From NCBI RefSeq assembly GCF_009834535.1, contig NC_045698.1, positions 3,412,001 through 3,476,000 of the forward strand: DNA of 64,000 nt. The letters run 5' to 3'. The position numbers and the translations under genes are program-made. Below are positions 47,160 through 58,930 of the stretch, piece by piece. Under the pieces are notes generated by a model. The model did not search any database and had not been told where the DNA came from. It was given only the letters and a program-made list of their open reading frames with translations. The stretch is from Camelus ferus (Eukaryota). The stretch's first letter is position 1. Each line of letters starts with the position of its first letter.

Positions 47160-50100
47160 GTGAGTACAGCTCTCGCCGCCTGTCGTGAGACAGTGGGGAC
47201 AGTGACGTGCGAGAAGGGACAAGTGGCAAGGTTTCTGTTGTGTGTTAGCTCATTCTTCCATTGTTCACAGATTCTTTTGATCTGTCAAAGTGGGAGGAGA
47301 ATTGTCAAGTAATAGTTTCTAAAATCCGTTGGGCTGCTTCCTTTCCCTGTTTGGAAACACCGCGCACCCCCTGCCTTTTGAGGTTATTCTGGAAGAACCG
47401 TGGGAGGGCGCTGCAGCTGGAAGACTGCGCAGGACTCCCGGCCAAGTCTGAAGGCTCCGGCTTCTCGGGATGGGTTTGCTCTGACGGGCTCTGACTCGCT
47501 GGTCACTCTTGCTGGCCGCTTAATCCCGCTAGGGCAGCCCCTTCAATCTGAATAGAACGGTGGTGTTCAGCGACTGGCCGTGTAGACTGTTTGGTCCAAT
47601 GCTTGAAAGCCCTTTGTGTCTGCCAGTCTGATGGTGATAAGGTGTTTGCAAAGGAGAACGTTCATTCCGAACACAGTGTTGGATCCAGGGCAGGGCGGTG
47701 CTAGGCTGATGATTCCACTGGTGCTTCCCTCGTTTTCTCAGTATCTGCGTTAGACAGTAAACATCCTCATGCTTCAGGCGGTCCCCTTCGCTGGGACCCT
47801 AGGGCGAGGAGCGTCGGGCCAAGCGGAGAAGGTACAGTCCCTCAGGCTGACTCACGCTGAAATATGAATGGCTTATCTTTTACTTTTCTTAAACTATTTC
47901 CATAATTTTAGGGGGGAAAAGTTTAGTAGGTGCTTAGGTTCTCGGACACATACTAATCAGTCAGACACAGATAAGGGAGACATGACAGAAGTCGCCAAGT
48001 GAAAACATGTGGTTAAAACATTAAGGTCTGAGCATGTTAAGTTTGACAGACAGATTTTTTTGAACATTTGTTACATCTCCAGAAAATACTCTAAGTCTCT
48101 CTTAAATTCCTTTTTCCTCTTTGGAAAGGGGGAGTTCAGACTCTGCGTCTTATGAAGATTTTGCGTGTGCGTATGTGAATGTTGGATGCCAAAGGGGCAT
48201 TCATAACCAATTCCTTAAAATACTGCATGTGTGCAAATGCTGTATCTTTTTTTTTTTAAATATTAGCATTCTGCTTTTTAGGGGAATTTGGTACGGGCTG
48301 GGCTCATGTCTACTTTGAATTGTAAAAGGCTTTTGGTTTGAGAATGGCTACGACGGGGAATTGACGAGGATAGGGTGATGGCTACTTGGCACACTTGTTA
48401 ACCATGGAGACAGCGTGGCTGACGTCTGCCACCCTCTCCCAAGAAAAGTAGATCTGCCTTAAGGGAAGAGCTAGACCTCTTCATGTAAGGCACTAAAGGC
48501 CTCAATCTCTTCCTTGGCTTTCTTCAACAAAGGCTCAGACCAATAATGGAAGCCACCTGTGAGGTAGGGCGGTGTGCCCCGCCTTTCAGAGCACCCTTGG
48601 ATTCGTTTGTGGAGGTTGAGTGAGGTGCTTCCCATGAACCCATCTGGGGTGCAGGATCATTGACACCCCCGATCTCTGTGAGCCAAGGTCCTCCCACGCC
48701 TGGAGTCTGTTCTGTGAATAGAGCTGGCCGGCCGCAGCTTGAGATTTCTGGCTGTCTTTGAACTCAATGGGAGTTAACAGCGAAAGCTGTAAATGACAAC
48801 TACATAAAAGATAAAGAAGTGAAAAGAACAGGAAAAAAGACTCCCCTGGATAATCGACACTGGAATTCAGTATTTTGGTCCCTGGATGTTTTCACCATTC
48901 ATCTTCCAAGCACATTAATTCCAACTTCGCTGGGATTTTGTCTGCGGAGGGTCACTGCAAAGCCGACCTCAACTAGAATTATGAGTGTGAGATTCAGGGG
49001 CATTTTCCATAGGATAGGACAAATCAAAGGCATTTTAAAGACAAAAAAGGGAGGATTGAGGAGTCCTCTGTCTTTAGCCAGATAATAAAATTATTGAATG
49101 GAAATGCCCCTCAAGTAGCTGCCAAGTCTTGTTATTTCTTTCGTGATTGATGGTTACCCCAGACGTTCTCCTTCAAACCTATTAACACATGAAGAAAAAT
49201 AGCATATCTTTTACATTAGATGATGGCTCCTTTTTGTTACTATTGTTACTCTTTGTTCTTCTGGGTTCTAATGGAAGTTCTAGATAGATCTCGGTCAGGC
49301 TTTTCTCAGCTGGGCTTCTAGGTGACTCAGCTCTCTGAGTCAGGGGTCTCCTTGCTTTGCTCTGTCGTCACTCACACGCCTTTGCAGACCTAGTGGAGGC
49401 CACTTTGAAAACAAGCTCCCTGGTAGTGGAAAATGATCTAAATTCTATTCTTCCTATTTAATCAACAGCATAAGCGTACGACTTTTCATTTAAAATGTAT
49501 TACTGTTTAATTAAGAGTTTAATAGATCGTATTATTCAATTAGAGAAAATGATTTACAAATGTGAGACAAGGCATTTCCCAACTAATACATAGCTCTTCC
49601 TCCTGGTTCTCAAATTTTGAATTTGGGAAAATGCTGCTCTAGTCCTCGGATAATTGATTTGAGGAACACTGTGAGAGTTCATAGCTAGTGGTGTGGTTTC
49701 ATTTTAGTAAATAAATATTGTTAAAGAAGAAAGACAAACCTAAAATTAATGTTTTACTTTGAATCTCACGTAAGTGGTGGCCGTGCTTCAGAACTGTGCC
49801 TCGCTGGGGCCTGCCGGAGCCAGGCCCGAGGGGCGCACTATCTGACGGGAGAAGCAGGGACAGAAAGCTTTACTGCACAGTGATGAGCTAAGGACCTGTA
49901 TGGGTGCCGGGAGAACAAAGATGCAGACACCTCGCCCCACCCCGTGTTGCTGAGAGACAGCGGCGTCAGGGTGGGTTTCCAGAGGAATGATTGTCCAAGC
50001 TGAATCCTTACTGTAGAATTGGGATGTGATGCCCATGAATGGCCAGGGAAGACTACTGATGTCCATCAAGGTCACGGAATCCCTGATAACAGCATCTATG

Positions 50101-50444
50101 AATGTTTAGAGGTCAATGTTTGTATATGAAACCCAAGTATAGTAAACAAAATAAGATCAGTCACCCTGAAAATGACTTTGAAAGTTATTCTGGTATTGCC
50201 ACCAAGTATCTTGACTCAAGATATTTCTCATTTTGCTGCATAAGGTTACTTTAATAAAAAGTGTCTATTTTACTTATGTCTCTTTCAAGCTGACATCATG
50301 AATCTGTTCTGATTACCAATCACAAGCACATAAATGCCTACACACAGTAGGTGCTTTTCAACACTTGTTAAATAATGAATAAAACTACTGGGCTAATTAC
50401 AGTGTAGGAAACAGTGATGACAATGACAGTAGCAGAAGAAACAG

Positions 50445-50554
50445 TAATAACTCACTGGAGGTTATTTGCCAAACACTTGCCTAAGGATTTCCCATTTTAT
50501 CCCATTTGTCATCTCACTTAGCTTAATGACAACTTTAAGAGACAGAGACTATTT
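50445..50554 (-). mobile_element. MIR fragment abutting the L1 3' end
   Basis: 'aataataactcac...tgccaaacacttgcctaag...atctcacttagcttaatgacaactttaagagacagagactatt' resembles the reverse MIR 3' half. Confidence 0.5.
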
Positions 50555-53280
50555 AAAAAAAAAAAAGCTTTATTGAGATATAATTTACATATCAGAATTT
50601 CACCCCTTGAAAATGTAGAATTCAATGTTCTTTAGTATATTTCCCAACTTGTGCAGATGTCACCACAATCTAATTTGAGACATTTACATCACCCCAAAAA
50701 GAAGCCCCATACAGTCAGCCCCCATTTCCCTCAAACCCTCATCAGCCCATGGCACCCATTAATCTGCTGTGTCTATAGGTTTGCCGGATCCGGCCACTTC
50801 TTAGAAATGGAGGCGTGAAATACGTGGTCTTTGACGACTAGCTCCTTTCACTTAGGACCCCGTGTTCAAGGGTCACCCATTTCATAACATGTATAAAGAC
50901 TTAACCGTTTTCATTGGTGAATAATGATCTTTGTATACACGTGCCCCTTTTTATTTTAATGTCTATCAGTTGATGGACAGTATCATATGTATTTTCTTTG
51001 TTTACGTGAATAATGTTGCTAGGAACATTTGTGTATGAGAGTTTGTGTGGACATATGTTTTCATATGTATCTAGAAGCGTAATTTCTGGATCTTACAGAA
51101 ACTCTACACTTGATCTTCTGAGGGAGATTCCAAACTGTGTTTCACAGTAGCTGCACCATTTTGCATCTGCCCAGCAATGCATAGGGGTTCCAGTTGCTCC
51201 ACAGTCTGGACAACACCTGCTCTTACCATCCTTTCTTCTCACAGACATCCTAGTGGAGATAAAGTGATGTCTCATGGTGGGTTTGATTTGCTGGGTAGAG
51301 ATTATTGATCAACAGGCTTTTTTTTCTGTTGCTTTGTTGTGTTTGTCTTTCAGCACTTTGAATATGTCGGCCTGTTCCCTCCTGGCTTCCACTCTTTCTG
51401 ACAAGAAGTCAGCTGTTTATCTCATTGTAGTTCTGTTACACGTAAAGAATTGTTTTTCCTTTTGCTGCTTACAATTTTCCTTTGTCTTTCAACACCACTA
51501 CTATGATGTGTACAGGTGTGGGTAGCTTTGAGCTTAGCCTTCTTGGAATTATACGAGCTTCCTGAATGCTCATATTTATGGTTTTCCCAGTATCTGACCA
51601 TCATTTCTTCATATATATTTTTGGCTCCTTTTTCTCCTCTTCTTTGGTGCTCCTGTGACTCATACGTTGGTGTGCTTAACGATGGACCACAATTATCTGA
51701 GGCTCCATTTGTTTTCTTCATTCCTCTTCCTTTGCGCTCTCTGGATCTTGTAACCTTTTTTGATTGCTCTTCAAGTACACTGTCTCTGCTAGCAGTTCAG
51801 ATCCACTATTAAGCTTCTGCATTTTTCATTTTGGGTGCTGTACTTCTCAACTTCAATTTGGCTCTTTTTATACTTTCTTTAGCTCTGTATTTTATAAGAC
51901 GTGGCTATGACGCCTTGCTTTGATTCTTAGGTGTAATTCTTTCTGTTTTTTGAACAGATTTATAATAGTTGCTTTGAAGTCTTTGCTGAGGTGAATGTCT
52001 GGGTCCCCTAGGAGCAGTTTCCATTCCCTCTTTCTTGTCCTGTGTACAGGTCACACTTTTGTTTCTTTGCACGTCTTATAATTTTCTTTGCTGAAGACTG
52101 AGCACTAGAGTTAATACATTTGAGCAGCTCTGGATGCTGATAGCGCTCCACCACTTTCTTGCTTACTGACTGGTTCAGTGAAAAGCCTGTGCTGGTATCA
52201 CACCCAGCTGTTAGCCTGCGCTAACTACTAGCTGATCGCTCATTTTTCTTTTTCACAGTCCCCTTGGGCATAAACTGCTTCATAGTCTGATTTGATTACA
52301 GAAGAGTTTCGCACAGTTAGGATGCTGCTCATTCTGAGAATCCGCCAACACCAGGGGGAGTCCTCTTGTCTTTTTCCCTGACTCTCTATTCTAAACTTCT
52401 AGTTGGCATTCTGTTTTGCTCACTGTAATGTGTCCCATGGACCAGCCTTCTTTTAATTGCTTGCAACCAAGCTATCCACTATTTTTGACAATGGCCTTGG
52501 ACATGAACCTTCACACACTCTGTTCCAAATACAATCGGCCCTGTTAAGTGAGCTCCTTGTTCTTACAGCCTGCTTCTCCCCCTGGGCAAAATGTGTGTGC
52601 CACTAAATGGGAGCTGGGGCTGGCAGAATACTTCTCCCCGCAAAGTGACTCCCCTGCTCTGGGGGTGGAGTTCTGGGTGGGGATAGTAGCTCCTGGTCCT
52701 CTCTGTTTTTGCTTCCTGGCTTGAAGCCTCTGTCTTACAAGCCTCTACGTTACAGAGGTCGGGATGTTCAGGGATTTGTTATTCTCAGCCTTCTCAGCCT
52801 GGAGTAGAGCTTCCACCCTATAAGTAGGGGCTGCTTGGCAGAAGGGAAATCACTTCTCATGGCCACGCCCTTCTGGAATAGGGCTTCTGCAGTATAGAAC
52901 TGATGGCATAGCGATGTTGGTGTCTTGCTTCTCCTGATGTGAAAATGCAGCTCTACAAGGGGAGCCTGGGGGATGGGGAGCCCTGGCCTTCTTAGAATGT
53001 GCCTGGAATAGAGCTCTGTCACACTGAGTAGGGGGCAAGTTGAGCATATGACTAGACCATGGCTCAAATGCCACCAAACTTCACCGTTCTTTGAGAGATA
53101 TACTAAATTTAATTCAATACATGTTTCTCTACTTTTTAGGCCCTTAAGACAATTTCCAGAGACTTTAAATGGTGTGTGTGTGTGGGGGGGGTGTTGTGTA
53201 TGTATATACAATTTTCAGCAAATGGCTGTTTCACTCAAGAGAGGGCCTGCTACAGTCCTTACACGGCCATTCTGGAAGTT
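50555..53280 (-). mobile_element. L1MB-like element, antisense in intron 3: 5' UTR + ORF1 + ORF2 C-terminus + 3' UTR, with most of ORF2 deleted
   Basis: 3' UTR at 50569-51000 ('tttattgagatataatttacatatc...catcaccccaaaaagaagcccc'). ORF 51093..51275(-) resembles the ORF2 Cys-rich end (MRYHLT...RCW..CG..GTLLHCW). ORF 51422..51721(-) resembles ORF1 (EKGAENIFEEIM). 53280-53225 on the minus strand reads 'acttccagaatggccgtgtaagga...ccctctcttgagtgaaacagcc', an L1M 5' end. Confidence 0.85.
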
Positions 53281-53330
53281 GGCCTCTGCTAGACGCTGCT
53301 GTTAACATACTTTGCAAATCGCTGCCCAAA

Positions 53331-53432
53331 ACTATTTCATCGTCCTCATTTTACAGATGATCCCCATGGTAATTCTTGAAAGAGAGAGATTTTGACCTAA
53401 GTTGTCTGACTTCAGAACCAGCACTTTAAATC
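53331..53432 (-). mobile_element. MIR fragment
   Basis: 'cctcattttacagatga' and 'gattttgacctaagttgtctgacttcagaaccagcactttaaatcac' are reverse MIR core and 5' motifs. Confidence 0.7.
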
Positions 53433-54984
53433 ACAATGTTGTTTTGCTTCCCTTGATCATAAGATCATTGCCGCACTGCAGGGACCGACAGGATCCTTTA
53501 CAGGCCTTTCCACCGCATCAGCCTCGAATGCTCCCTACAGTGTAATGATGCTCTCACTGGGTTTCCACCTCATCCACCTTCCTCGGGATCAAGCCCTCTC
53601 TGAACTTACTGATCCCACTCGTAATGTATCAGGGGCTTCCATTAAAATGCATGGATTCATTCCGTAATTATTTACTTACAGGGTTTTTTTTTTTTATACC
53701 AGGCTGTAAGTTTTTGAAGAGATATTGTATTAGTCATCTTTGTAGCCCCAAGTTCCTGCTAACACTAACCAAAATTCTTTTTTTTTCTTGCAACGAATGA
53801 TTGTATTTTAAGCTAACAAAAAAATAAAAGTTTAGTTTGTCTTCTCAAACTCTATTTTGAGATATGAATAAATATAAAATTCATTTTATAAGCCCTTTCA
53901 TATGATTTCCTTTCATGACTAATGCCAAACATTCTATATTTTCTTTTGAAGTCCCGTTTATTTAGAAATGGTTTAATCAATAAGACTTCTGACAGAATAT
54001 TAAAAAAAAAAAACCCATTGTCAATACTTCCAAGTGAGATTTCTTTAGAAACATTTTCTGCGCACACAACAGGGTTACATTTTCTTAAAGGATTTCATGC
54101 AAGTTCTATACTTGGATTAGTTCTTTACCAAAAAAAAATGAGTATCAAATCTATCAATTGTCCTTGGCAAAAAGTCTGCGTGAATTTTAGCTCCTCTCAT
54201 GTAATTTGTTAAGGAATTAATGCATAGGGTATAGACTACTTCTCCTAAAATCTAATTATTCTCTTGTTTTCAATAGTGCTGGCAAACTTGTAAGTATCAC
54301 AGTTCCCAGTTTGGGTGGAGAACTCCCTGACTAGGTTGGAGACTTACTTGGGGCCCTGGTTTGAATTGATTGGGTTTTATTTCCAGGCACAAACTCCAGG
54401 GATTCTCTGGAAACTCTAGTCATTGAGAGTTTTTCTAAAGCACCCAATAAATCCTAGGAAACTGAAATCTTGCCAAATTTTCAACCAACTTTGAAAAATG
54501 TTCTTGAACCAGGGAAATAAGACAGGAGTAGAATGGAAGAACCAACACAAGAGATGGCTCGAAAGGCTAATATGAGTTTTAAAAGGAATGTATCACTTTC
54601 TGAGAAGGCCAGTGATGGCATAGCCAGCTGAAAATATGTCAGTCTTAGGAGGCATGCAGGAAAACTTTAGAGAAAATAAGGTTTGGGGATAAAGTATGGC
54701 CAAAGTTAGCAATTACTAGGAAATGCAAAAGGTGGGTGTGGGGAACTAATGGGAAGTATTGAATTATTACATCGATTTCTGCTGATTACTTAACAATAGA
54801 TGTAGTATAAATCTTTAAGTTGACAAAATTGAATGTATCTCATTATTAGAACTAAATCAAAGTAACATTTTATAAGATGGTATTTTATACTTGACCACAG
54901 ATTTTTCTATTAGCTTACCATTAGCTGTAAACAAAAGTAAGATGATTAGAGAAATTTGAGTATAACAGCTATCGTTTTGTCCCA

Positions 54985-55125
54985 TTCCCCTGATTTTTCA
55001 AGTGATGAACCTGAGAGTCAAAGAAGGTGAAGTGACTTGGCCAATATTACAAAGCCAGGTGGGGCTCAGGTCTAGGCTGTATGTCTTTAGATTTTCTGTC
55101 CAGAGATATTTTCACTGCAACACAC
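54985..55125 (-). mobile_element. MIR fragment
   Basis: 'gatgaacctgagagtcaaagaaggtgaagtgacttggccaatattacaaagcc' is a degenerate reverse MIR core. Confidence 0.6.
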
Positions 55126-55739
55126 TGGATATTATTAATTTTCACTATAAGGAGGAGCCAGTTGAAGAGCTTACATGTTGGAACATGTGCTAAGGATTTT
55201 AAAGATAAAGTAGACGTGTCCTCAATCTGGAGATGTGGGCCGGGGAGCAGTGAGGACAGGACAGAGTGGCAGCCTTCCCTCTGGTCAGTGTTCGGTGCTC
55301 CTGGTGTCCTTTTGCTGGGAGGCTCTGCTTCCCCTGTCACCACCCAGGGCAGCCCTTGTGTGGACGCTTTCATGGCCCATATAATGTCTGCTGTCAGGAT
55401 CATCAGAATAGAGCTCATCTCCACGATCAGTATGACACATTTTCTTCATGGCCAAGATTAGCCAGCGAACAGCCATATGGATCCCCTTGGACAAGCAGAT
55501 ATATGATCCCTGTGGTCATTTCCTCTAGGGAATGGCTCAAGTTTGGGATTTTCCAAAGGACAAGGATGCCTGAAACCTACTTTTTAGAGTGATTATTTGA
55601 GAGAAAGTCCAGGCAAGAGAGAGTAAAAGAAGAGGCCAGATGAAACCAAGCTCTTTAAAGCATGAAGCTGCCTTGCTTCAAGTTAAACTAGAGTAGTCTG
55701 ATTGTATCTGCTTAACACACATAACATCTTTTCCTTTTT

Positions 55740-55856
55740 AAATATCACTTCCACCATGAGGACCTCCCTGATTCCTCCCATCTAAAATTGCCTTCTCTTC
55801 CCTCTCCACGTGAACTTCCTATCCCCTGCTTTACTTTTCTACAGTGTTTATCATTA
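55740..55856 (+). mobile_element. L2 fragment (left part, interrupted by LTR)
   Basis: 'aatatcacttccaccatgaggacctccctgatt...atctaaaattg...ccctgctttacttttctacagtgtttatca' resembles the L2 3' region. Confidence 0.6.
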
Positions 55857-55859
55857 TGT

Positions 55860-56535
55860 GTATCAATCACAGCCTAGTTAGGAAGCAGAAGCCACACAAG
55901 TTAACTGAAAAGAGAGAATTAATACAATGCATTTGGTAGGTATTAAAAACCTGAAAAAAGAAAAAGAAAACCTCAAGGCATCACAGGATAGCAAGTTTGG
56001 GAAGCAGCTCCTGGACCTGGGACTAAGGCACTGAGGGAAGAAGTCAGGATTATTAGAACTCAGATGCTTAGGTGCAGACCCCTGGGGAGGGGCGCTGGCC
56101 AGCCGGTGCGAGGACTCGGAGGGGGCCCCTTGCTGCTGGTTTTTTAAGTCACCTGTAAACTGCGATCAGCTGCTGTTACTGGAATTAACTGCCACGGCCA
56201 GGTTGAAGCAAGGAGGACAGGAACAGAAAGCATACAGGAAGTGCTCAGAGGGCAGACAGGAAGTCCACGTTGGGCAGACAGGAAGTGCACAGGATGCCGA
56301 CAGGAAGTGCACCGAGCGCAGACAGAAAGTCCTCAGTGATGGGCGGTGGGGGCAGACAGCAGACAGGAAAGAATAAGTTCTTCCTCCTGCTTTGTTCTGT
56401 CCAGTCCCTCGTGGTGCCGCCACTGGTAGAAGTGAACAGAGAGTGGCAGCAAAGCAAAATGAGATGTACAGAGTCCCAGCCTCGACATCACAAAGTTTAA
56501 AGGGGCGCTGGGAGCTGAGGACGATTTAACACAAA
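55860..56535. mobile_element. Old LTR (LTR78/LTR79-like) inserted in L2
   Basis: Begins 'tgtatcaatcacagcctagttaggaagcagaagccacac' and later has 'cttcctcctgc...tccagtccct...tgccgccactggtagaag...cagagtcccagcctcgacatcacaaag', as I recall for LTR78-type elements. L2 sequence lies on both sides. Confidence 0.55.
56230..56339 (+). repeat. 22-bp period minisatellite, 5 units, core GCAGACAGGAAGT
   Basis: ACAGGAAGT at 56234, 56256, 56278 and 56300, and ACAGAAAGT at 56322: exact 22-nt spacing. Confidence 0.92.
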
Positions 56536-56564
56536 ACAGGCTGTTTACTGTGCTAAACACTAAG

Positions 56565-56665
56565 AGTATAGCAGGGGTTTATGTCTTTTCTTGCTTCATC
56601 CCCAACGCTTTCAGAAGTGCCTGGCAGATAGTAAAGCCCTCAATAAAAATGTATTCAGTGAACAA
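56565..56665 (+). mobile_element. L2 3' end (right part)
   Basis: 'gcagggg...agaagtgcctggcagatagtaaagccctcaataaaaatgtattcagtgaa' resembles the L2 terminus 'acagtgcctggcacatagtaggcgctcaataaatatttgttgaatgaa'. Confidence 0.75.
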
Positions 56666-57047
56666 TTTTTTTTTAAGAGAAATAAGAATTCTGGTGCTTT
56701 GCAAAAATCATTTGCACAGCCACTGATCTGGAGGGAGGAAAAAAGGAGACACTAAAAGCTAAAATAGTAGGGGCATCCCAGCCCTATCTAGAGCAAGAGC
56801 TAGACGTCCAGAAGTGGACCTCAGCAGGCCTGGGGGCAGGCTTCTGCCTGTGAGGGGTCGGAGCCGTCAGATTCGGTGCAGGCAGACGATCCTCCCGTAT
56901 GATGGCTGTTCTTGCTCTTGTTCCTGATTTGTTTAAAATGAAGTCCCCTGTGTAGCTTGCCTGCGGGGAGAAGCACAGCATTTCCTCAAAAGCCTTGGAA
57001 GCAGTATTTCATGACTTACAACAAAGAATAAACTGACACTCAGGAGC

Positions 57048-57079
57048 ATGTGCGTGTGCGTGTGTGCGTGTGTGTGTGC
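57048..57079. repeat. (TG/CG)n alternating purine-pyrimidine microsatellite
   Basis: atgtgcgtgtgcgtgtgtgcgtgtgtgtgtgc, read directly. Confidence 0.9.
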
Positions 57080-58544
57080 TTTCAGTGTCTGTGAGCTTGG
57101 TTACCCTAAACCACTCCTGAAGGAGGCGTTCGGGCATCATTCCCTAGAAGCCCGCCCTGTATCACAGTGAATTCAGTGGAGCCTTGTTTGGCTCGCTCTG
57201 GACAGCAGCCGTCCTCAGTAATCCCACCCAGATGCCCAGGCTCCCTGCGCGTCAAAACGCAGCTGGAAGCCACTCTTTGCATTTGCTCTTCTGTTGCTTC
57301 TTCAGTCCCCAGTTCTCCCAGGTGTATCATTTTTACTGATTTTGATACTTTTGTCCAATAACAGTATTCATTGTTTGTTCTTTATTGCACATATTTTTCA
57401 CTACTCAAGGGTTTGTTTTCAAGTTTTAAGAAGAACAGCATGTGGTTTAAAGACATTCAATCAGGTAAATCCAGTATTTTAAATGAGTAGCCAAATCAGT
57501 ACTAATTTCATATTTCCTTTGCTAAAATTTCTATGAAATTATAGGAAAATCAAAGAAAAATATATCATTTGAAAAAATTACAATCTAAAGAAATATAGGC
57601 AGGATTCTTATTTTTTCTTGTATAGTTAATTGACAGTAAATAGACATACCCAGTAAGGCACACACTGTCAATACATAAACAGTTACCAGTTTTAAAACAA
57701 AAATTAAACTAAATTAAGACAAAACTAAATTTAAAAAATCCACATGATGCTACCAGATTTACAGGGATGTTAAACCAGATTTACAGCTGGTTGCCTGTAG
57801 TTTAAAAATGGAACTAAAATAATGGAAAGCTTCAGCAGACAATGACACATATATCCAGATATTCCAGGTTTCTGTCATTGAATAGTTATGTCTCCACCCC
57901 TTAAGACATTAGAAATTTGGATAAGACTTGTAAAGTAAAATGTAATTTAAGTAATAGGTGATTTCTTTCAGTATGTGAAGTCTGAGAAAAATATTTGCCT
58001 TAATGACCTTAGGGTCATTTCATTTTATCATAGTTTAAATTTTCATGGGAGTATATTATACCTTTCTCTCTTGGGTGGAAAAGCAGAGGCTGTCCCTTAA
58101 ATGTAGTAAGCCTATATTTAAGTGCACACAGGTTGTGAACATGTTGAAAGAAGATTCTTAGCTTTGACTGGGCTTGCAGAAGGAGCCGGGGCCTCCGTGC
58201 AGGGTAGCTCAGGCTGGGTCCTGGGAACTGTGAATGGGTGGGTGGGGGGGGGCAGGAGTCAGAGGCTATTCCATGAAAAATGAGGCCAGCTGCCTGCATT
58301 CCTACCCCCCCCCCACTTCCCTCCAGGGAGCCACCTCAGTGGAGGCTGAGAAGCACAGTCCTGACCTCGTCATTCCCTTACTTGACCTGTGCCCGTTGCA
58401 CTCTGAGTAAACCCCACATCCTCAGTCTGGCTGATGATGCTCCTGGCGTCTGCCCTTGCCTGCAACTTCAGCCTCATAGGGGAAACTCTCCAGGCCCTGG
58501 TGGCACCAACTTATTTCTTACAAAATAAGGCTGAGCTCCTCACC

Positions 58545-58930
58545 CCCTTCGAGCCTTAGCAAATGCTATTCCCATTCTGCCTGGAACACAATTCCAATCC
58601 TCTGTCCTCTGGTTAAGTGTCCTTTATTCTCTAGGCATCAGTAAGCAATCACTCCCATAAGTCTTCTCTGATGCTCCAAACCAGGGCAGATTCCCTTGTA
58701 ATACATTCATGACTCACCTTGCCTTTCTCCTTGAAAGGAATTGTCCCAATTGAATTCTTACTTTGATTACTAGCTTAGCATTTGCACCTCTCTCCCAATA
58801 GACAGCAGCATCCTAAGGGCACCACAAATTGTCAGGATCTCTTCAAGATCAGAGCACCCAGTAGTGTTCCTGGCCCATTGAAGCAACTGGATAGATGGGT
58901 GGGTGGGTGGGTGGATGGATGGATGGATGA
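58545..58930 (+). mobile_element. L2 3' region ending in (GGGT)4(GGAT)4 microsatellite
   Basis: 'tgctattcccattctgcctggaacac' and 'agcacccagtagtgttcctggcccatt' are L2-like. The tandem tail at 58897-58930 sits where L2 (TGAA)n tails lie. Confidence 0.6.

Noticed and set aside
56230..56339. Repeat-spacer pattern superficially like a CRISPR array
   Set aside because: 13-nt repeats and 9-nt mutually related spacers are far too short, the context is a mammalian intron, and there are no cas genes. Reported as an ETS-motif minisatellite instead.
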